Source of the DNA: an uncultured Bacilli bacterium
GTDB lineage: Bacteria > Bacillota_I > Bacilli_A > RF39 > UBA660
NCBI GenBank assembly: GCA_947586825.1
Contig: CANPXU010000004.1
Location: 4,939-68,938 of the forward strand
Reading direction: 5' to 3'
DNA: 64,000 bases
Position 1 is the first letter of the stretch. Each line of letters starts with the position of its first letter. Below, in pieces: positions 1 to 10,415 of this stretch. The notes under the pieces are model-generated. The model did not search any database. It was given only the letters and a program-made list of their open reading frames with translations, and was not told where the DNA came from. Both the position numbers and the translations under genes were made by a program.

Positions 1-405
1 ATATTATGAATACTCATCCCCCATTTATTAAAAACAAAACGATATAAGTGTTTAGCATATTTTAAAGTATAAAAAGTATTTAAAATTAAAAGAAAATATA
101 AAGGCAATTTAAAGATAATAAAATATACTAATAAGTAAATAAGGCCTTTATAAATAAAGTTACTAGTAAAGATATAAATAAGCTCACCAAAGATAAATAA
201 ATCAAATAATAAATAAATTACATATGAAGGAAGTCCTGTTAAAGACAAAAGAAAAAGTATTAAAATAATAATTAAGCTTATATAAAGCATCTTATAAGAA
301 AAGATTAATCCTGTTATATTTTCAACTTCAATATGACTAGTAAATGCTGCGACTACCCCAATTAAAACGATAGCTACACACAATGCTACAATATATTTTT
401 TCATA
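1..405 (-). CDS. Multi-pass membrane protein, N-terminal part (gene runs off window start)
   Basis: Own translation of the minus strand from ATG at 405: MKKYIVALCVAIVLIGVVAAFTSHIEVENITGLIFSYKMLYISLIIILILFLL... It stays open to position 1 and has several hydrophobic helices. It is absent from the ORF track because there is no stop in the window. Confidence 0.5.
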
Positions 406-470
406 CTTAATTATATTGAAATGCCTTCTTAAATATGATAAAATTTTGCTTGAGAAAAAGGAAGGTTAAT

Positions 471-572
471 ATGAAAAAGAAGACAATGAAAATTGCAGCT
501 TGGTCTATGTTAATATTAATGGTTGGATCTGTTATTGCTGGTGCTCTAGTTTATTTTATAGGGAGAGCGTAA
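471..572 (+). CDS. Small hydrophobic peptide (33 aa), hypothetical
   Basis: ATG at 471 is preceded by AAGGAAGG 6 nt upstream. Translation is MKKKTMKIAAWSMLILMVGSVIAGALVYFIGRA*, a single TM helix. There is no homology evidence. Confidence 0.3.
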   Translation: MKKKTMKIAAWSMLILMVGSVIAGALVYFIGRA

Positions 573-1350
573 TAGCGTCCAATAAAGTATTAAATTTATC
601 AATAAATAGAAAAACAATAAATAATGAAGAGGTTAAAAATGGGCCAAACGGAACTTCATTATTTTTTTTGAGAAAAAAGTAAGCATAAGAATATGGCAAA
701 GCTAAAAAAGCAGATAAAATAAGAACGATTAAGCTAAGTCTAAAGCCTACTGTAAGACCTATAACAAAAGCAAATTTGATATCTCCTCCCCCAAGAGAAT
801 CTTTTTTAAAGATTAAATCACCAATTTTCTTAATAAGAAGCATAATACAAAACATGGTTATCCCTGAAACAACATATAATAAAGTTGGTTTTAATCCCTT
901 ATAAATTAAATCTAGAATTATAATTAATATTGAACCCACGATTAATGGTGAATCTAAAATTGTAAAAGCTGAAAAATCACTAATGAAAATAATCATCATA
1001 ATAGATGAAATAATTATAAAAATCCAAAACTCATAACTTATAGAATAATGAATATAAGCAAAAGCAAAAAATGCTCCCATAGCAATTTCGATGATTGGAT
1101 TTAAGATACTTATATTTTTTTTACAATACCGGCATTTACCTAACAATGTAATATAGGAAACAATAGGAATTAGATCATACCATGCTAAATTATGACCACA
1201 TTCATCACATCTACTTCGATCATTTATTACTTTTTCTTTCTTAGGTCCTCTTTTGCCAAGCACTAGATAAAAGGAACCAAAACAGGCTCCCCATATAAAT
1301 AATAGAATAGCAATTAACCATCTTGACATAAAACTCCTACAATATTTCAC
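556..1350 (-). CDS. Prepilin (type IV leader) peptidase, A24 family
   Basis: N-terminal Cys motif CDECGHNLAWYDLIPIVSYITLLGKCRYCKK and a GGGDIKF aspartyl active-site motif. Polytopic membrane protein that overlaps the upstream GspF-like gene. Confidence 0.85.
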   Translation of the reverse strand: MKYCRSFMSRWLIAILLFIWGACFGSFYLVLGKRGPKKEKVINDRSRCDECGHNLAWYDLIPIVSYITLLGKCRYCKKNISILNPIIEIAMGAFFAFAYIHYSISYEFWIFIIISSIMMIIFISDFSAFTILDSPLIVGSILIIILDLIYKGLKPTLLYVVSGITMFCIMLLIKKIGDLIFKKDSLGGGDIKFAFVIGLTVGFRLSLIVLILSAFLALPYSYAYFFLKKNNEVPFGPFLTSSLFIVFLFIDKFNTLLDAITLSL

Positions 1351-2944
1351 CGTACATTGAGAACATTGGTACGATAGTTGCTATGATAATAAAACCTACC
1401 ATTATAGCTAAGAAAATTATCATAATCGGCTCAATAAAGCTCTTTAAAGTATTAACAATTGTTTTGTGCATTTCTTGATAATAATCACTAACCTTCTCCA
1501 TGATTTCGGCAAGTTGACCAGTTGATTCACCAGTAACAATCATATAATAAGCAACATCTGGTACAGCCCAGTGATCTTCAAAGGCACTAGATATTTTTTC
1601 ACCCTTCATAATATTATTAATTGTTTTATATAAAATAGCTTTATATACTTCATTAGACGTAATCTTACTTAAGATGTCTACACTTTCTGTGATATATACG
1701 TTATTTTTTAATAATGATGAAAAGGTTTTAGAGAAAATAGTAATCTCTTTAAATATTATAACATCTTTTATAACAGGAATGTGCATTAAAAAGATTTGAA
1801 CCGGAGTCCTAAATGCTTTTAAATGCTTATATAAGAAATAAAGAACAATTACGATTAAAACGAAAATTAAAATCATTGAAATAGCATTTTGCTTTAAGAA
1901 ATCACTAAGCCAAATAATCAGAGCTGTTAAGCCATTGATTTCAATACCCGAGGATTCATAAATATCCGTAAATTTTGGTACAACATACATTAAAATAAAT
2001 ATTACGATGATAATAGAGAAACACATTAAGATGGTAGGATATGTTAAAGCACCAATCATATCCTTTCTTGTATGCTCTACCTCAGTATAATAATCTGACA
2101 TATCATCTAAAGTTTCTTGTAAATTACCTGCGGCTTCGGCAGCTTTTATCATATTAATAAGTAATGCCGGAAAATAGTTTCCTTGTTTTTGTAAAGCATT
2201 AGAAAAAGATTCTCCAAGTGATAATTCATAGCAAATAGCTCTAAACATTCTTTGTTGAGATTTATTCTTATCCATTTGGCCAGCAAGAATTCTCATAGCT
2301 TCGTTTAATGTAATACCTACTCTTATATATGTGGCAAGTTGAGTAAGCCAGAATACTAAGTCTTTCGTAGACATTTTACGGCCAAATAAAGCTGAATCTT
2401 TATATACAAAGTTAATAAATTCTGAAGTTTCAATATTATATACTTCATAACCTTCATTAACTAAAAATGAATTAATATCTAGTTTGGAAAAACCAGACAT
2501 TGTACCGGTCATTATTTTACCATCGACTTTTACATTTCGTACTGTAAAACGATACATATTAGGATATTTAGAACGAGTAGCTCCCGCGGCTTGTAAATCT
2601 TGTTCAAAGGCAGCTTTCATCTTCATATATCTAGCCATAGTTGACTTGCTATACTTGTATTGTTTAACTCTTTTCTTCTTTTCTGTTTTAGTTCTATTGT
2701 AAGCAGCATCTACTTCTTCTTCACTGAATACTGCCTCTTGTTTAGCAATCTCGGGGTTTGTAAGTCTTTGATAAGCTTTATCTAATTGGAAACTAAAATA
2801 ATTAAATGATACAATCCAAAAATCGAAGCAAACAAATTTTGCTCCTCTTAAGGCATATAAAAAAATGTAAAGCCAAGCTACAAAGAACTCTTTGATTAGC
2901 TCGCCAGTATTCTTTTTGTTATTCGTACTAGCTGCTTGATCCAC
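1337..2944 (-). CDS. Type II secretion / type IV pilus platform protein (GspF/PilC/ComGB-like) with ~130-aa N-terminal extension
   Basis: Two T2SSF-like repeats: FWLTQLATYIRVGITLNEAMRIL... and FSKTFSSLLKNNVYITESVDIL...; TM segments at the expected spacing. 535 aa is longer than I recall for this family (~350-400 aa). Confidence 0.8.
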   Translation of the reverse strand: MDQAASTNNKKNTGELIKEFFVAWLYIFLYALRGAKFVCFDFWIVSFNYFSFQLDKAYQRLTNPEIAKQEAVFSEEEVDAAYNRTKTEKKKRVKQYKYSKSTMARYMKMKAAFEQDLQAAGATRSKYPNMYRFTVRNVKVDGKIMTGTMSGFSKLDINSFLVNEGYEVYNIETSEFINFVYKDSALFGRKMSTKDLVFWLTQLATYIRVGITLNEAMRILAGQMDKNKSQQRMFRAICYELSLGESFSNALQKQGNYFPALLINMIKAAEAAGNLQETLDDMSDYYTEVEHTRKDMIGALTYPTILMCFSIIIVIFILMYVVPKFTDIYESSGIEINGLTALIIWLSDFLKQNAISMILIFVLIVIVLYFLYKHLKAFRTPVQIFLMHIPVIKDVIIFKEITIFSKTFSSLLKNNVYITESVDILSKITSNEVYKAILYKTINNIMKGEKISSAFEDHWAVPDVAYYMIVTGESTGQLAEIMEKVSDYYQEMHKTIVNTLKSFIEPIMIIFLAIMVGFIIIATIVPMFSMYGEIL

Positions 2945-3065
2945 TTTTAATACCCCTCCTACTATATAGTAAGTATATCATAAATTATAATTAATAAAAA
3001 GCTCTATTTTTATTTTTATTTTCGCTAAAAAATGATACAATATACACCAAGTTCTGGGGGATAAG

Positions 3066-6000
3066 ATGAATATTAAGCAAATGTTTAATAAGTTAAAAAA
3101 ACTTTTTAATAAAGATCAAAATTTAACCTCTACTTTAGCACGCCCAGAAAGCACAGTAAAGCTTCCTTCGCGGAAAGAATTTAAAAACGATAACCTTGTA
3201 GATTTTTATAAAAACGAATATTTAAATTCTTTAAATAAGATGAAAGATTTTGATGTTTTAGTGTTGGAGGCAACAGTCCTAAATGACCATATGAAGATGG
3301 CAATAGACCTTTTATTTGCCATAGCCATTAGTGAAGATGATCCCCACGAAAATAGTTTAGAACATCAAGTTCAGCACTTAATAAACTATGAAAAATTAAA
3401 ATTATATCTTCAAGATATATTTGCTTTACAAAACGAAACCATTGCAAGATTAATAGCTCTTTCAGAAATCAAAAAAGAGTCCTTTATAATTTCTAAAAGA
3501 AAAAAAGATGCTATTAGTAGTGCAATAAATAGATTATATATTTCTCTAAATACTCTGATGGGTAACGAATTAGCTATAGTAAATAATATTCAAAGATATG
3601 GCAAAGAAAATATCGATTTTAATGATGACATGCAAGCTATAATAGCCCAAAAAATAAAACATTTAATCTGGCTTCAACAAGCCCTACCTGATGATAAGCA
3701 AGTTATTATAGATCAAGATAATATATTAGGTAGCCTTGCTTTAATAGAAAAAGCCTTAGAGGAATACACCTATACTTGTAAAGAGGAAGTATCCCCCGAA
3801 GCCAAACAAAAACTAGTAGATGAAATACTTGCTCTTCCTTTTGATATGGAACATAAAGAAGAAATTTTAGGCATGGTTAACAAACTCGAAAGTAAATATC
3901 GGGCTTTTTACGAATATAAAACTTCTCCTATATATGGAGATGTTCCTATTGATGAAACTGATTTAACTATATTTTATGCTATAAAATTTAATGCTTTATT
4001 AATAAGTGAAAATGGTATTATCAATGAATCTTTTACCGATTTAGATCCAATTGAAAAAGAATATTATCAAAATATAATTTACAAAACATATGAAGATATC
4101 ATCATGGGGAGAAATGAAAATTTTAACTGGCTTTTTAGAGCGGATTTTGCTAAGGCCATTTCCCTTATTAAATCGATTTTTAGTAATAATTTATCTAGCG
4201 TTTTAAATAACTTTATTTTACTAAACTTACTTTTTGCTTTTGATAATGTAAATGGATTATTTAATCTTTTTAAATGCAAAGTATCTAGTTCTAATTTACC
4301 TCCAGACTACTATCATAATCATGAAGTTTTTGAGATTGAAGATGATATATCTTTAGAGACTTTATGTTATTTAGAGAGTGCTATCGATGAAAGCAAAGAT
4401 AATACTGATGAATATTTTATATTTACGCGCAAAAATTTATATGAGCTATATAAACTCAATCTTAAAAACTATCCAAGTCAAGATGATGCATATTGTATGC
4501 CCGAGGGAATTATCTCTATCAAGATTCCTATGAAAGAATCTTGGAGAAAACTTCCTTTAGCTCAAAGAGCCTTATTAGATAAAATAAGGAAGGATGGTAA
4601 AAATAAAATAGTATATTTTCCTCATAGTCTTGAAAAACTAGATGATAATTTATTTATCGATGTTCCGATAAAAGGAATAGTATTTAATGAAGGCTTAAAA
4701 TATATTAGTAATGCAAGTTGGCTAACTAATTTAAAAACCCTTGTTATCCCCTCTACTTTAGAAAATTTGTACATAACGGCCTATCGAGTATCTTACACCG
4801 AAAGGATTATTTTTAATATTAGTCAAGACCATGCTCCTGTTTTAAGTGAAGATTTTGTTTTAAAATTATTTAATTATTTTCAAACATGCGGATGGAAGCT
4901 TAATGAAGAAAAAAATAAAATTATGCCTCCAGATGAATTAAAAGAAATTATCATCCACCTAAATGAAATTGATAGAACTATTCATATTGACCTTCAAAAA
5001 TTATCATTTGATTATGATGCCGAAAAAGATGGCAGTAACATAAATGAAGTCTATATTAGAAAATTGATTAAATACGTTTATTATATTTTAAATCAAGTTA
5101 GAAAAAGATATGACTTAATGCAAAAAGCATTACCAATTGAAGAAAGAATAGAAATAACTCCTAATATTCCAGGCTTCTTAAAAGATCTAGAAATAATTGA
5201 TAAAAGACTACAAAACTATAGAGGAGAACATATTAGTGAATTAGATGACATTAAAGCAAAACTACAAATGCCAGAAAATAAAATGGAAGATTTTACTTTC
5301 ATTGCAAACGATTTTGCAGAAAATCTTGCTCCTTTGGAATCTAAGATTCGTTTATTTAATTACTATGGTAAAAATGTTTCTTCTTTCCTCGATGATTCTT
5401 TAGTCAATTATTTTTATAAATTAAAATTTTTTTACTTAACAAAAGATGATGTTGTTTATCCTTTTATTAGTGATCACATGGATGATGTAGAAATAAATTC
5501 TTATGAAAGAATTATTGAGGATATCTATTATCATTTGAAAAATAACAGTCCTTTTGCCGATGAACAATATAGCGATGATACTATAACCGCGATCAAAAGC
5601 CTTATTGAAAAAATATTAAAAAATGGCAAGGATAATATTAATAGTGAAGAAATTCTTCATGACTTTTATTTATTAAATATCTTTCTAGCTTTAAGTGACT
5701 TTAATAGATTACTCGTATTTGCTAAAGCTTTAAAAGTTAATGCCAATAACTATCAAAGTTCCAGTATTATTCTTGAGGAATATGTTTCTCTTTGCACTAT
5801 TTGTTTATTGAAATATTATGAATCTCAAGAATTTAAAGCTAGTTTAGCATATGGTGACTTTAAAGTTTCTCATGATTTCTTAGAGTTATTCAATATGATT
5901 TATGTAAATTATGAAGGTGTAAACCATGAGGATGTTGCCGATTCAGCCAAAAGCCCTAGAAGTTACTATTATCTTCCGGAAGGTATAAAATCAATAAATG

Positions 6001-6569
6001 CTCCGAGTGAACTTACCTCAGAAAAAAATTATGGTACTATTTGGGAAGGCCTTAGTAAAGACTGTGAAGGCAAAAATATTATTATGCCTAGTAGTTTAAA
6101 ATCTCTAAAAGGAATTTTCCTTAAAGGGACATGTAAAAGTATTAATTTAAATGAAGGAATGCAAGAATTAGAACTCTCTATTTTTGAAAAAAGTGAATCT
6201 TCCACTATAACTATTCCATCAACCGTAAAAAAGGTTAATACTACTATCGTTTTTGCGGATAAAAAGTTCTCCGCAATTATTTTTAATAACTTTGATTTTG
6301 CCAATGAAGAAGTTTTAAATTGCATACTTTACTTTTTCCTTCGCTTTAAAAACTCTCCTTCCGAAAAAATACAAGGCATTTTACCTTTCAAATTAGTTTT
6401 TCACTATGATGAATTAAATGAAGATTTAATACTAGGTCCATATTTTGAAGAACCTTCATTAGGTGTATATTCATTTGTTAATGAATTCCAAATGATGAAA
6501 AAAGCTATAGAGGATATCAAAGAAAAGATAAATCAAGCTAGAACTGAGGTAAGAAAAAGAACAGAATAG
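3066..6569 (+). CDS. Large (1167 aa) internally duplicated protein with BspA-type leucine-rich repeat blocks, no signal peptide
   Basis: Two ~580-aa halves, each ending in an LRR-like block: YCMPEGIISIKIP...FPHSLEKLDDNLF...VFNEGLKYISN...LVIPSTLENL versus YYLPEGIKSINAP...IMPSSLKSLKG...NLNEGMQELE...ITIPSTVKKV. Confidence 0.5.
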   Translation: MNIKQMFNKLKKLFNKDQNLTSTLARPESTVKLPSRKEFKNDNLVDFYKNEYLNSLNKMKDFDVLVLEATVLNDHMKMAIDLLFAIAISEDDPHENSLEHQVQHLINYEKLKLYLQDIFALQNETIARLIALSEIKKESFIISKRKKDAISSAINRLYISLNTLMGNELAIVNNIQRYGKENIDFNDDMQAIIAQKIKHLIWLQQALPDDKQVIIDQDNILGSLALIEKALEEYTYTCKEEVSPEAKQKLVDEILALPFDMEHKEEILGMVNKLESKYRAFYEYKTSPIYGDVPIDETDLTIFYAIKFNALLISENGIINESFTDLDPIEKEYYQNIIYKTYEDIIMGRNENFNWLFRADFAKAISLIKSIFSNNLSSVLNNFILLNLLFAFDNVNGLFNLFKCKVSSSNLPPDYYHNHEVFEIEDDISLETLCYLESAIDESKDNTDEYFIFTRKNLYELYKLNLKNYPSQDDAYCMPEGIISIKIPMKESWRKLPLAQRALLDKIRKDGKNKIVYFPHSLEKLDDNLFIDVPIKGIVFNEGLKYISNASWLTNLKTLVIPSTLENLYITAYRVSYTERIIFNISQDHAPVLSEDFVLKLFNYFQTCGWKLNEEKNKIMPPDELKEIIIHLNEIDRTIHIDLQKLSFDYDAEKDGSNINEVYIRKLIKYVYYILNQVRKRYDLMQKALPIEERIEITPNIPGFLKDLEIIDKRLQNYRGEHISELDDIKAKLQMPENKMEDFTFIANDFAENLAPLESKIRLFNYYGKNVSSFLDDSLVNYFYKLKFFYLTKDDVVYPFISDHMDDVEINSYERIIEDIYYHLKNNSPFADEQYSDDTITAIKSLIEKILKNGKDNINSEEILHDFYLLNIFLALSDFNRLLVFAKALKVNANNYQSSSIILEEYVSLCTICLLKYYESQEFKASLAYGDFKVSHDFLELFNMIYVNYEGVNHEDVADSAKSPRSYYYLPEGIKSINAPSELTSEKNYGTIWEGLSKDCEGKNIIMPSSLKSLKGIFLKGTCKSINLNEGMQELELSIFEKSESSTITIPSTVKKVNTTIVFADKKFSAIIFNNFDFANEEVLNCILYFFLRFKNSPSEKIQGILPFKLVFHYDELNEDLILGPYFEEPSLGVYSFVNEFQMMKKAIEDIKEKINQARTEVRKRTE

Positions 6570-6603
6570 CAAAGATATTCATATAATAATTATAGGTGAT
6601 ACT

Positions 6604-6876
6604 ATGTTTCCAAATATACCCGGAGGTTTTAATCTATCAAGACTACTCGGAGGAATATCTAAGTCTTTAAATGTTGCTAATCAAGTTATCCCTATCTATC
6701 AACAACTTAGCCCAATGGTACAAAATGCCCGGGAAGCATTCGGTTCTTTAAAAGAAATGACTAATAGCAAAGTAAATAAACCCATTAATAATATGCCTAA
6801 AATGTCAGCTCCTAATAATATGAATCAAAAAAGAGCCATTATAAATAGCTCTAATAATCCATCTTTTTTCCAATAG
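6604..6876 (+). CDS. Small YqfQ-like protein (hypothetical)
   Basis: The motif NVANQVIPIYQQLSPMVQN resembles the Bacillus YqfQ/VrrA-like family as I remember it. It sits next to trmK-sigA-dnaG, as in Bacillus. Confidence 0.4.
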   Translation: MFPNIPGGFNLSRLLGGISKSLNVANQVIPIYQQLSPMVQNAREAFGSLKEMTNSKVNKPINNMPKMSAPNNMNQKRAIINSSNNPSFFQ

Positions 6877-7483
6877 CTTTAGCAAGTCTTTTAAGTGATT
6901 TTTTAAGTTGTACCTTTTTTTTGAAGTTAGCAACTTCATATATTTTTTTATTTATTTTATATAAATGATTATAATAATCTAAATCATTACTTTTACCAAA
7001 TTCTTTTTGAAATTTAGTAAGTCTTTCTTTACCTTTTTTATATAATATGATGTCATAATATTTATTTTTTTCATAAACTACTATTTCTTTGGCTATTTTA
7101 TAGCCTTTTTTATTCATTGATGTTCTTAATAATTCTAAATCATTATTTGAACTTAATATTATTGTATCAGGTAAATCATCTTTATTTAAAATATCTAATA
7201 TGCTGCTTGTTCCCATTCCACTTATAATAATCGTATCGTATATTTTAGGAATCTTTTCAAGACCATCAGATACATATAATTCTATATTAGAAACATTATA
7301 TTTCTTGATATTATTTTCAGCATTTTTTAAAGCATTTGGTGATATGTCACTAGCTAAAGCTTTTTGACATATTTTATTTTGGATAAGATAGATAGGCAAA
7401 AGGCCATGATCCGTACCTACATCAAGAGGAAATGAATCTTTTGAAACTAAGGATGCGACTGCAGAGAGTCTTTTATTAAGCAT
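6851..7483 (-). CDS. trmK: tRNA (adenine22-N1)-methyltransferase TrmK
   Basis: N-terminus LSAVASLVSKDSFPLDVGTDHGLLPIYLIQN...ALASDISPNAL is typical of TrmK/YqfN. It lies immediately downstream of sigA, as in Bacillus. Confidence 0.8.
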   Translation of the reverse strand: MLNKRLSAVASLVSKDSFPLDVGTDHGLLPIYLIQNKICQKALASDISPNALKNAENNIKKYNVSNIELYVSDGLEKIPKIYDTIIISGMGTSSILDILNKDDLPDTIILSSNNDLELLRTSMNKKGYKIAKEIVVYEKNKYYDIILYKKGKERLTKFQKEFGKSNDLDYYNHLYKINKKIYEVANFKKKVQLKKSLKRLAKAIGKKMDY

Positions 7484-8583
7484 TAATCCTCCAAGAAATC
7501 TTTTAGTTTTTTAGCTCTTGATGGATGACGAAGCTTACGTAATGCTTTAGCTTCAATTTGTCTAATTCTTTCTCTTGTTACATTAAACTTTTTACCTACT
7601 TCTTCAAGAGTATGACATGTTCCATCAATTAAGCCAAATCTAAGTTCAAGAACTTCTTGTTCTCTTGGTTGAAGAGACATAAGAACTTGTTTTATTTCTT
7701 CTTTTAAAATTTCATTTTCCGTATATTCTTCAGGAGAAAGAGAACTTTCGTCTTTTAAGAAATCTCCTAAATGGGAATCATCCTCTTCACCAATTGGTGT
7801 CTCTAGAGAAACTGGATCTTGAGAAATCTTAATTACTTCTCTTACTTTATCGACACTTAAGCCCATTTTCTTAGCAAGTTCTTCATCAGTGGGTTCACGG
7901 TCTAAATCAAGAGTCATTTGTCTTTGAACTCTTACCATCTTATTGATAGTTTCAACCATATGAACCGGTACTCTTATGGTTCTTGCTTGGTCCGCTAAAG
8001 CTCTGGTTATAGCTTGACGTATCCACCAAGTAGCGTAAGTTGAAAATTTATATCCTCTATCTGAGTCAAACTTATCAACGGCCTTCATAAGACCAATGTT
8101 ACCCTCTTGGATTAAATCTAGGAATAAAAGACCTCTTCCCACATATCTTTTAGCAATAGATACAACAAGACGAAGGTTACTTTCCGCAAGTAATCTTTTA
8201 GCCTCTTCATCATTTTGATTAATACGAGCAGATAAGGCTGTTTCTTCTTCCGTTGTAAGAAGAGGAATACGACCTATTTCTTTTAAATACATTCTAACAG
8301 GGTCATTAATATTAATATCTTTAGTTATTTCTTCATCTTTTAAAAGGATTGGTTCACTACCACTATCTTCCTCATCTTTTCCTTCATCAGCTTGAGAAAT
8401 AACCTTAATATTTTCTTCCATTAACTTATTATATAATTCATCTAATAAGTCACTATCTATTTCAAGGCCTTTTAATTTATCGGCAAGGCCTTCATAAGTA
8501 ATATATCCTTTTTCTTTACCTTCTTTTATTAGTTCTTCTTCTCTTTCTTTAAAAGATTTAATCTCTTTCATTCTTTCCCACAT
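7483..8583 (-). CDS. sigA: Primary RNA polymerase sigma factor SigA/RpoD
   Basis: Regions 1.2-4.2 are present: [80 protein letters not shown]. Confidence 0.95.
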   Translation of the reverse strand: MWERMKEIKSFKEREEELIKEGKEKGYITYEGLADKLKGLEIDSDLLDELYNKLMEENIKVISQADEGKDEEDSGSEPILLKDEEITKDININDPVRMYLKEIGRIPLLTTEEETALSARINQNDEEAKRLLAESNLRLVVSIAKRYVGRGLLFLDLIQEGNIGLMKAVDKFDSDRGYKFSTYATWWIRQAITRALADQARTIRVPVHMVETINKMVRVQRQMTLDLDREPTDEELAKKMGLSVDKVREVIKISQDPVSLETPIGEEDDSHLGDFLKDESSLSPEEYTENEILKEEIKQVLMSLQPREQEVLELRFGLIDGTCHTLEEVGKKFNVTRERIRQIEAKALRKLRHPSRAKKLKDFLED

Positions 8584-10300
8584 CCTTTTTTAATTCTGTT
8601 AATCGCGCAATTAATTCGATCTTCTTGTTCATATCATTCTCGTTTTTAATTTGCTCTTTTATAGCCTTTATTTCATTATCATCAATACACCTAGACATAA
8701 TGCCTAGTAGTTTAACAAACTCTGCCTCACCTATGTCTCCCACCTTTAATGAGGAAATAACCCCATTTACATACTCGCTTATCTTATCATATTTTACGAT
8801 AAAGTCAATAAAACCTGCAATATCTATGTTATTATTTTTCTTAATATAACTACCTATTAAAGATACTGTTTCTCTTTCTATTTTGTTATCTAAATAGCCA
8901 AGTTTATTCATAAATATTTGATAGTATTCTTTATGAAGTAGCATCGCATAGATAACCTGATTACAAGCAAGTTCATAGCGATTTTTCTTTTCTTTAACTT
9001 CTTTTTCTTGCTTTTTCTCTACTACGGGTGGTGATGAAGCAATATTTTTCCTTATAATATTAGCATCTAAGCCATAATCTTTGCATATTTTAGCAATAGT
9101 TACTTCTTTTTCCAGTTCATCAGCACCTTTTAGGCTTTCTAAAACATCTTTAATATATGCTGTCAGTTCCTGAGGATTATCTAAATTTTTGCCCTCTTTT
9201 AAAGCTTCAATTTTATAATCCATATATTTTATAGCATGATTTATATTATCTTTTAAGGCATTTTCACCATATTTTCTAATATATTCATCAGGATCTTTAG
9301 CTCCACTTAAGCGTACAACATAAACATCAAGGTTCCCCTGCATCATCTGATCGCCTACTTTTAAAGTAGCGCTACTTCCTGCATTATCACTATCAAGAAT
9401 CAAAATAACCTTGCTATTTAGCCTTTTTAAAGCTTCAATTTGGGCTTTGGATATCGCAACACCCATCAAAGCTATAACATTTTTAATACCTCTTGCATAT
9501 AGCGATATAGCATCCATATTACCTTCGACAACGATAATCTGTTTATTTAATCTGGCCGTATCTTTAGCATTATAGTAGTTAAATAAAATATTACTCTTAT
9601 GATATATTATGGTTTCTTTAGTATTAATATATTTATTAGGCTCATCTTTTTTATAGGCTCTAGCCGTGTACCCAACGGGATTATTTTGCATATCAAAAAT
9701 AGGAATCATAATACGCTCAGTAAACATATCATAATAATCAATGCCACTTTTATTTAAAAGGCCTAAATCATAAGCTTTTTCTAAAGAGCTTTTTTTATTT
9801 TCTAAAAACTCTTTTAGCTTGCTATCTTTTAAAGATAATCCTATTTTAAAATCTTTAATTATCGCCTCATCAATACCACGACCCGCTAAATACTTTTTAG
9901 CATCAATACCTTCCGCGGAAGCTAAATTATTTTGATAAAACTTAAGTGATAAATCCATCATTTGATATTCATCTTTAAATTTACTTGATGTATCTTTAAC
10001 CGGGGTATAAGCAAAATCAATGCCTGTTTTATTAGCGACAATCTTAACCGCTTCGAGATAAGGGACATTCTCAAAGTTTTTTACAAAAGTAAAAACATTA
10101 CCTCCCGCATTGCACACAAAACACTTAAAGATGTTTAACTTTAAGGATACATGCATACTAGGGCTGTGATCTTCATGAAATGGACAAATGCCTACATAAT
10201 CACTACCCTTTTTTTCAAGAGGTACATAACTACCAATTATATCTGCAATATTAGCAGCTTCTCTAATTTGATTAATTTTGTCTTCACTAATAAATGCCAT
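8558..10300 (-). CDS. dnaG: DNA primase DnaG
   Basis: Zinc-ribbon [14 protein letters not shown]...[15 protein letters not shown], Toprim EGNMDAISL...DSDNAG, and dnaG-sigA gene order. Confidence 0.95.
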   Translation of the reverse strand: MAFISEDKINQIREAANIADIIGSYVPLEKKGSDYVGICPFHEDHSPSMHVSLKLNIFKCFVCNAGGNVFTFVKNFENVPYLEAVKIVANKTGIDFAYTPVKDTSSKFKDEYQMMDLSLKFYQNNLASAEGIDAKKYLAGRGIDEAIIKDFKIGLSLKDSKLKEFLENKKSSLEKAYDLGLLNKSGIDYYDMFTERIMIPIFDMQNNPVGYTARAYKKDEPNKYINTKETIIYHKSNILFNYYNAKDTARLNKQIIVVEGNMDAISLYARGIKNVIALMGVAISKAQIEALKRLNSKVILILDSDNAGSSATLKVGDQMMQGNLDVYVVRLSGAKDPDEYIRKYGENALKDNINHAIKYMDYKIEALKEGKNLDNPQELTAYIKDVLESLKGADELEKEVTIAKICKDYGLDANIIRKNIASSPPVVEKKQEKEVKEKKNRYELACNQVIYAMLLHKEYYQIFMNKLGYLDNKIERETVSLIGSYIKKNNNIDIAGFIDFIVKYDKISEYVNGVISSLKVGDIGEAEFVKLLGIMSRCIDDNEIKAIKEQIKNENDMNKKIELIARLTELKKDVGKNERD

Positions 10301-10415
10301 ATTTATCCCCTATAATTATAATATATTACGTTTAGGTGCCCAATTTCCTTTTTTTATTTTCATATTTTAGCAAAAAAAGGTAAATTTTTCACATTTTTTG
10401 GGTTATTTTACGTAT

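Noticed and set aside
500-682. A 60-aa plus-strand ORF overlapping the 3' end of the prepilin peptidase gene.
   Set aside because: It has no SD and overlaps the well-supported peptidase gene. The shorter SD-preceded ORF at 471-572 in another frame is a better, though still weak, candidate.
2484-2702. Short ORFs lying antisense to or inside long, well-supported genes. Examples: 2484-2702, 4079-4279, 6029-6325, 8625-8849, 10942-11139, 11549-11773, 12077-12307, 14427-14636, 18910-19134, 22973-23191, 24688-25257, 27422-27843, 28436-28618, 35001-35669, 36480-36998, 41385-42152, 43295-43862, 45595-46095, 47327-48558, 52478-52711, 53365-53562, 56121-56493, 57861-58052, 58578-58781 and 60665-60868.
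   Set aside because: Each lies entirely within a longer ORF on the other strand or frame that has clear family motifs. Their translations are low-complexity and typical of AT-rich shadow frames.
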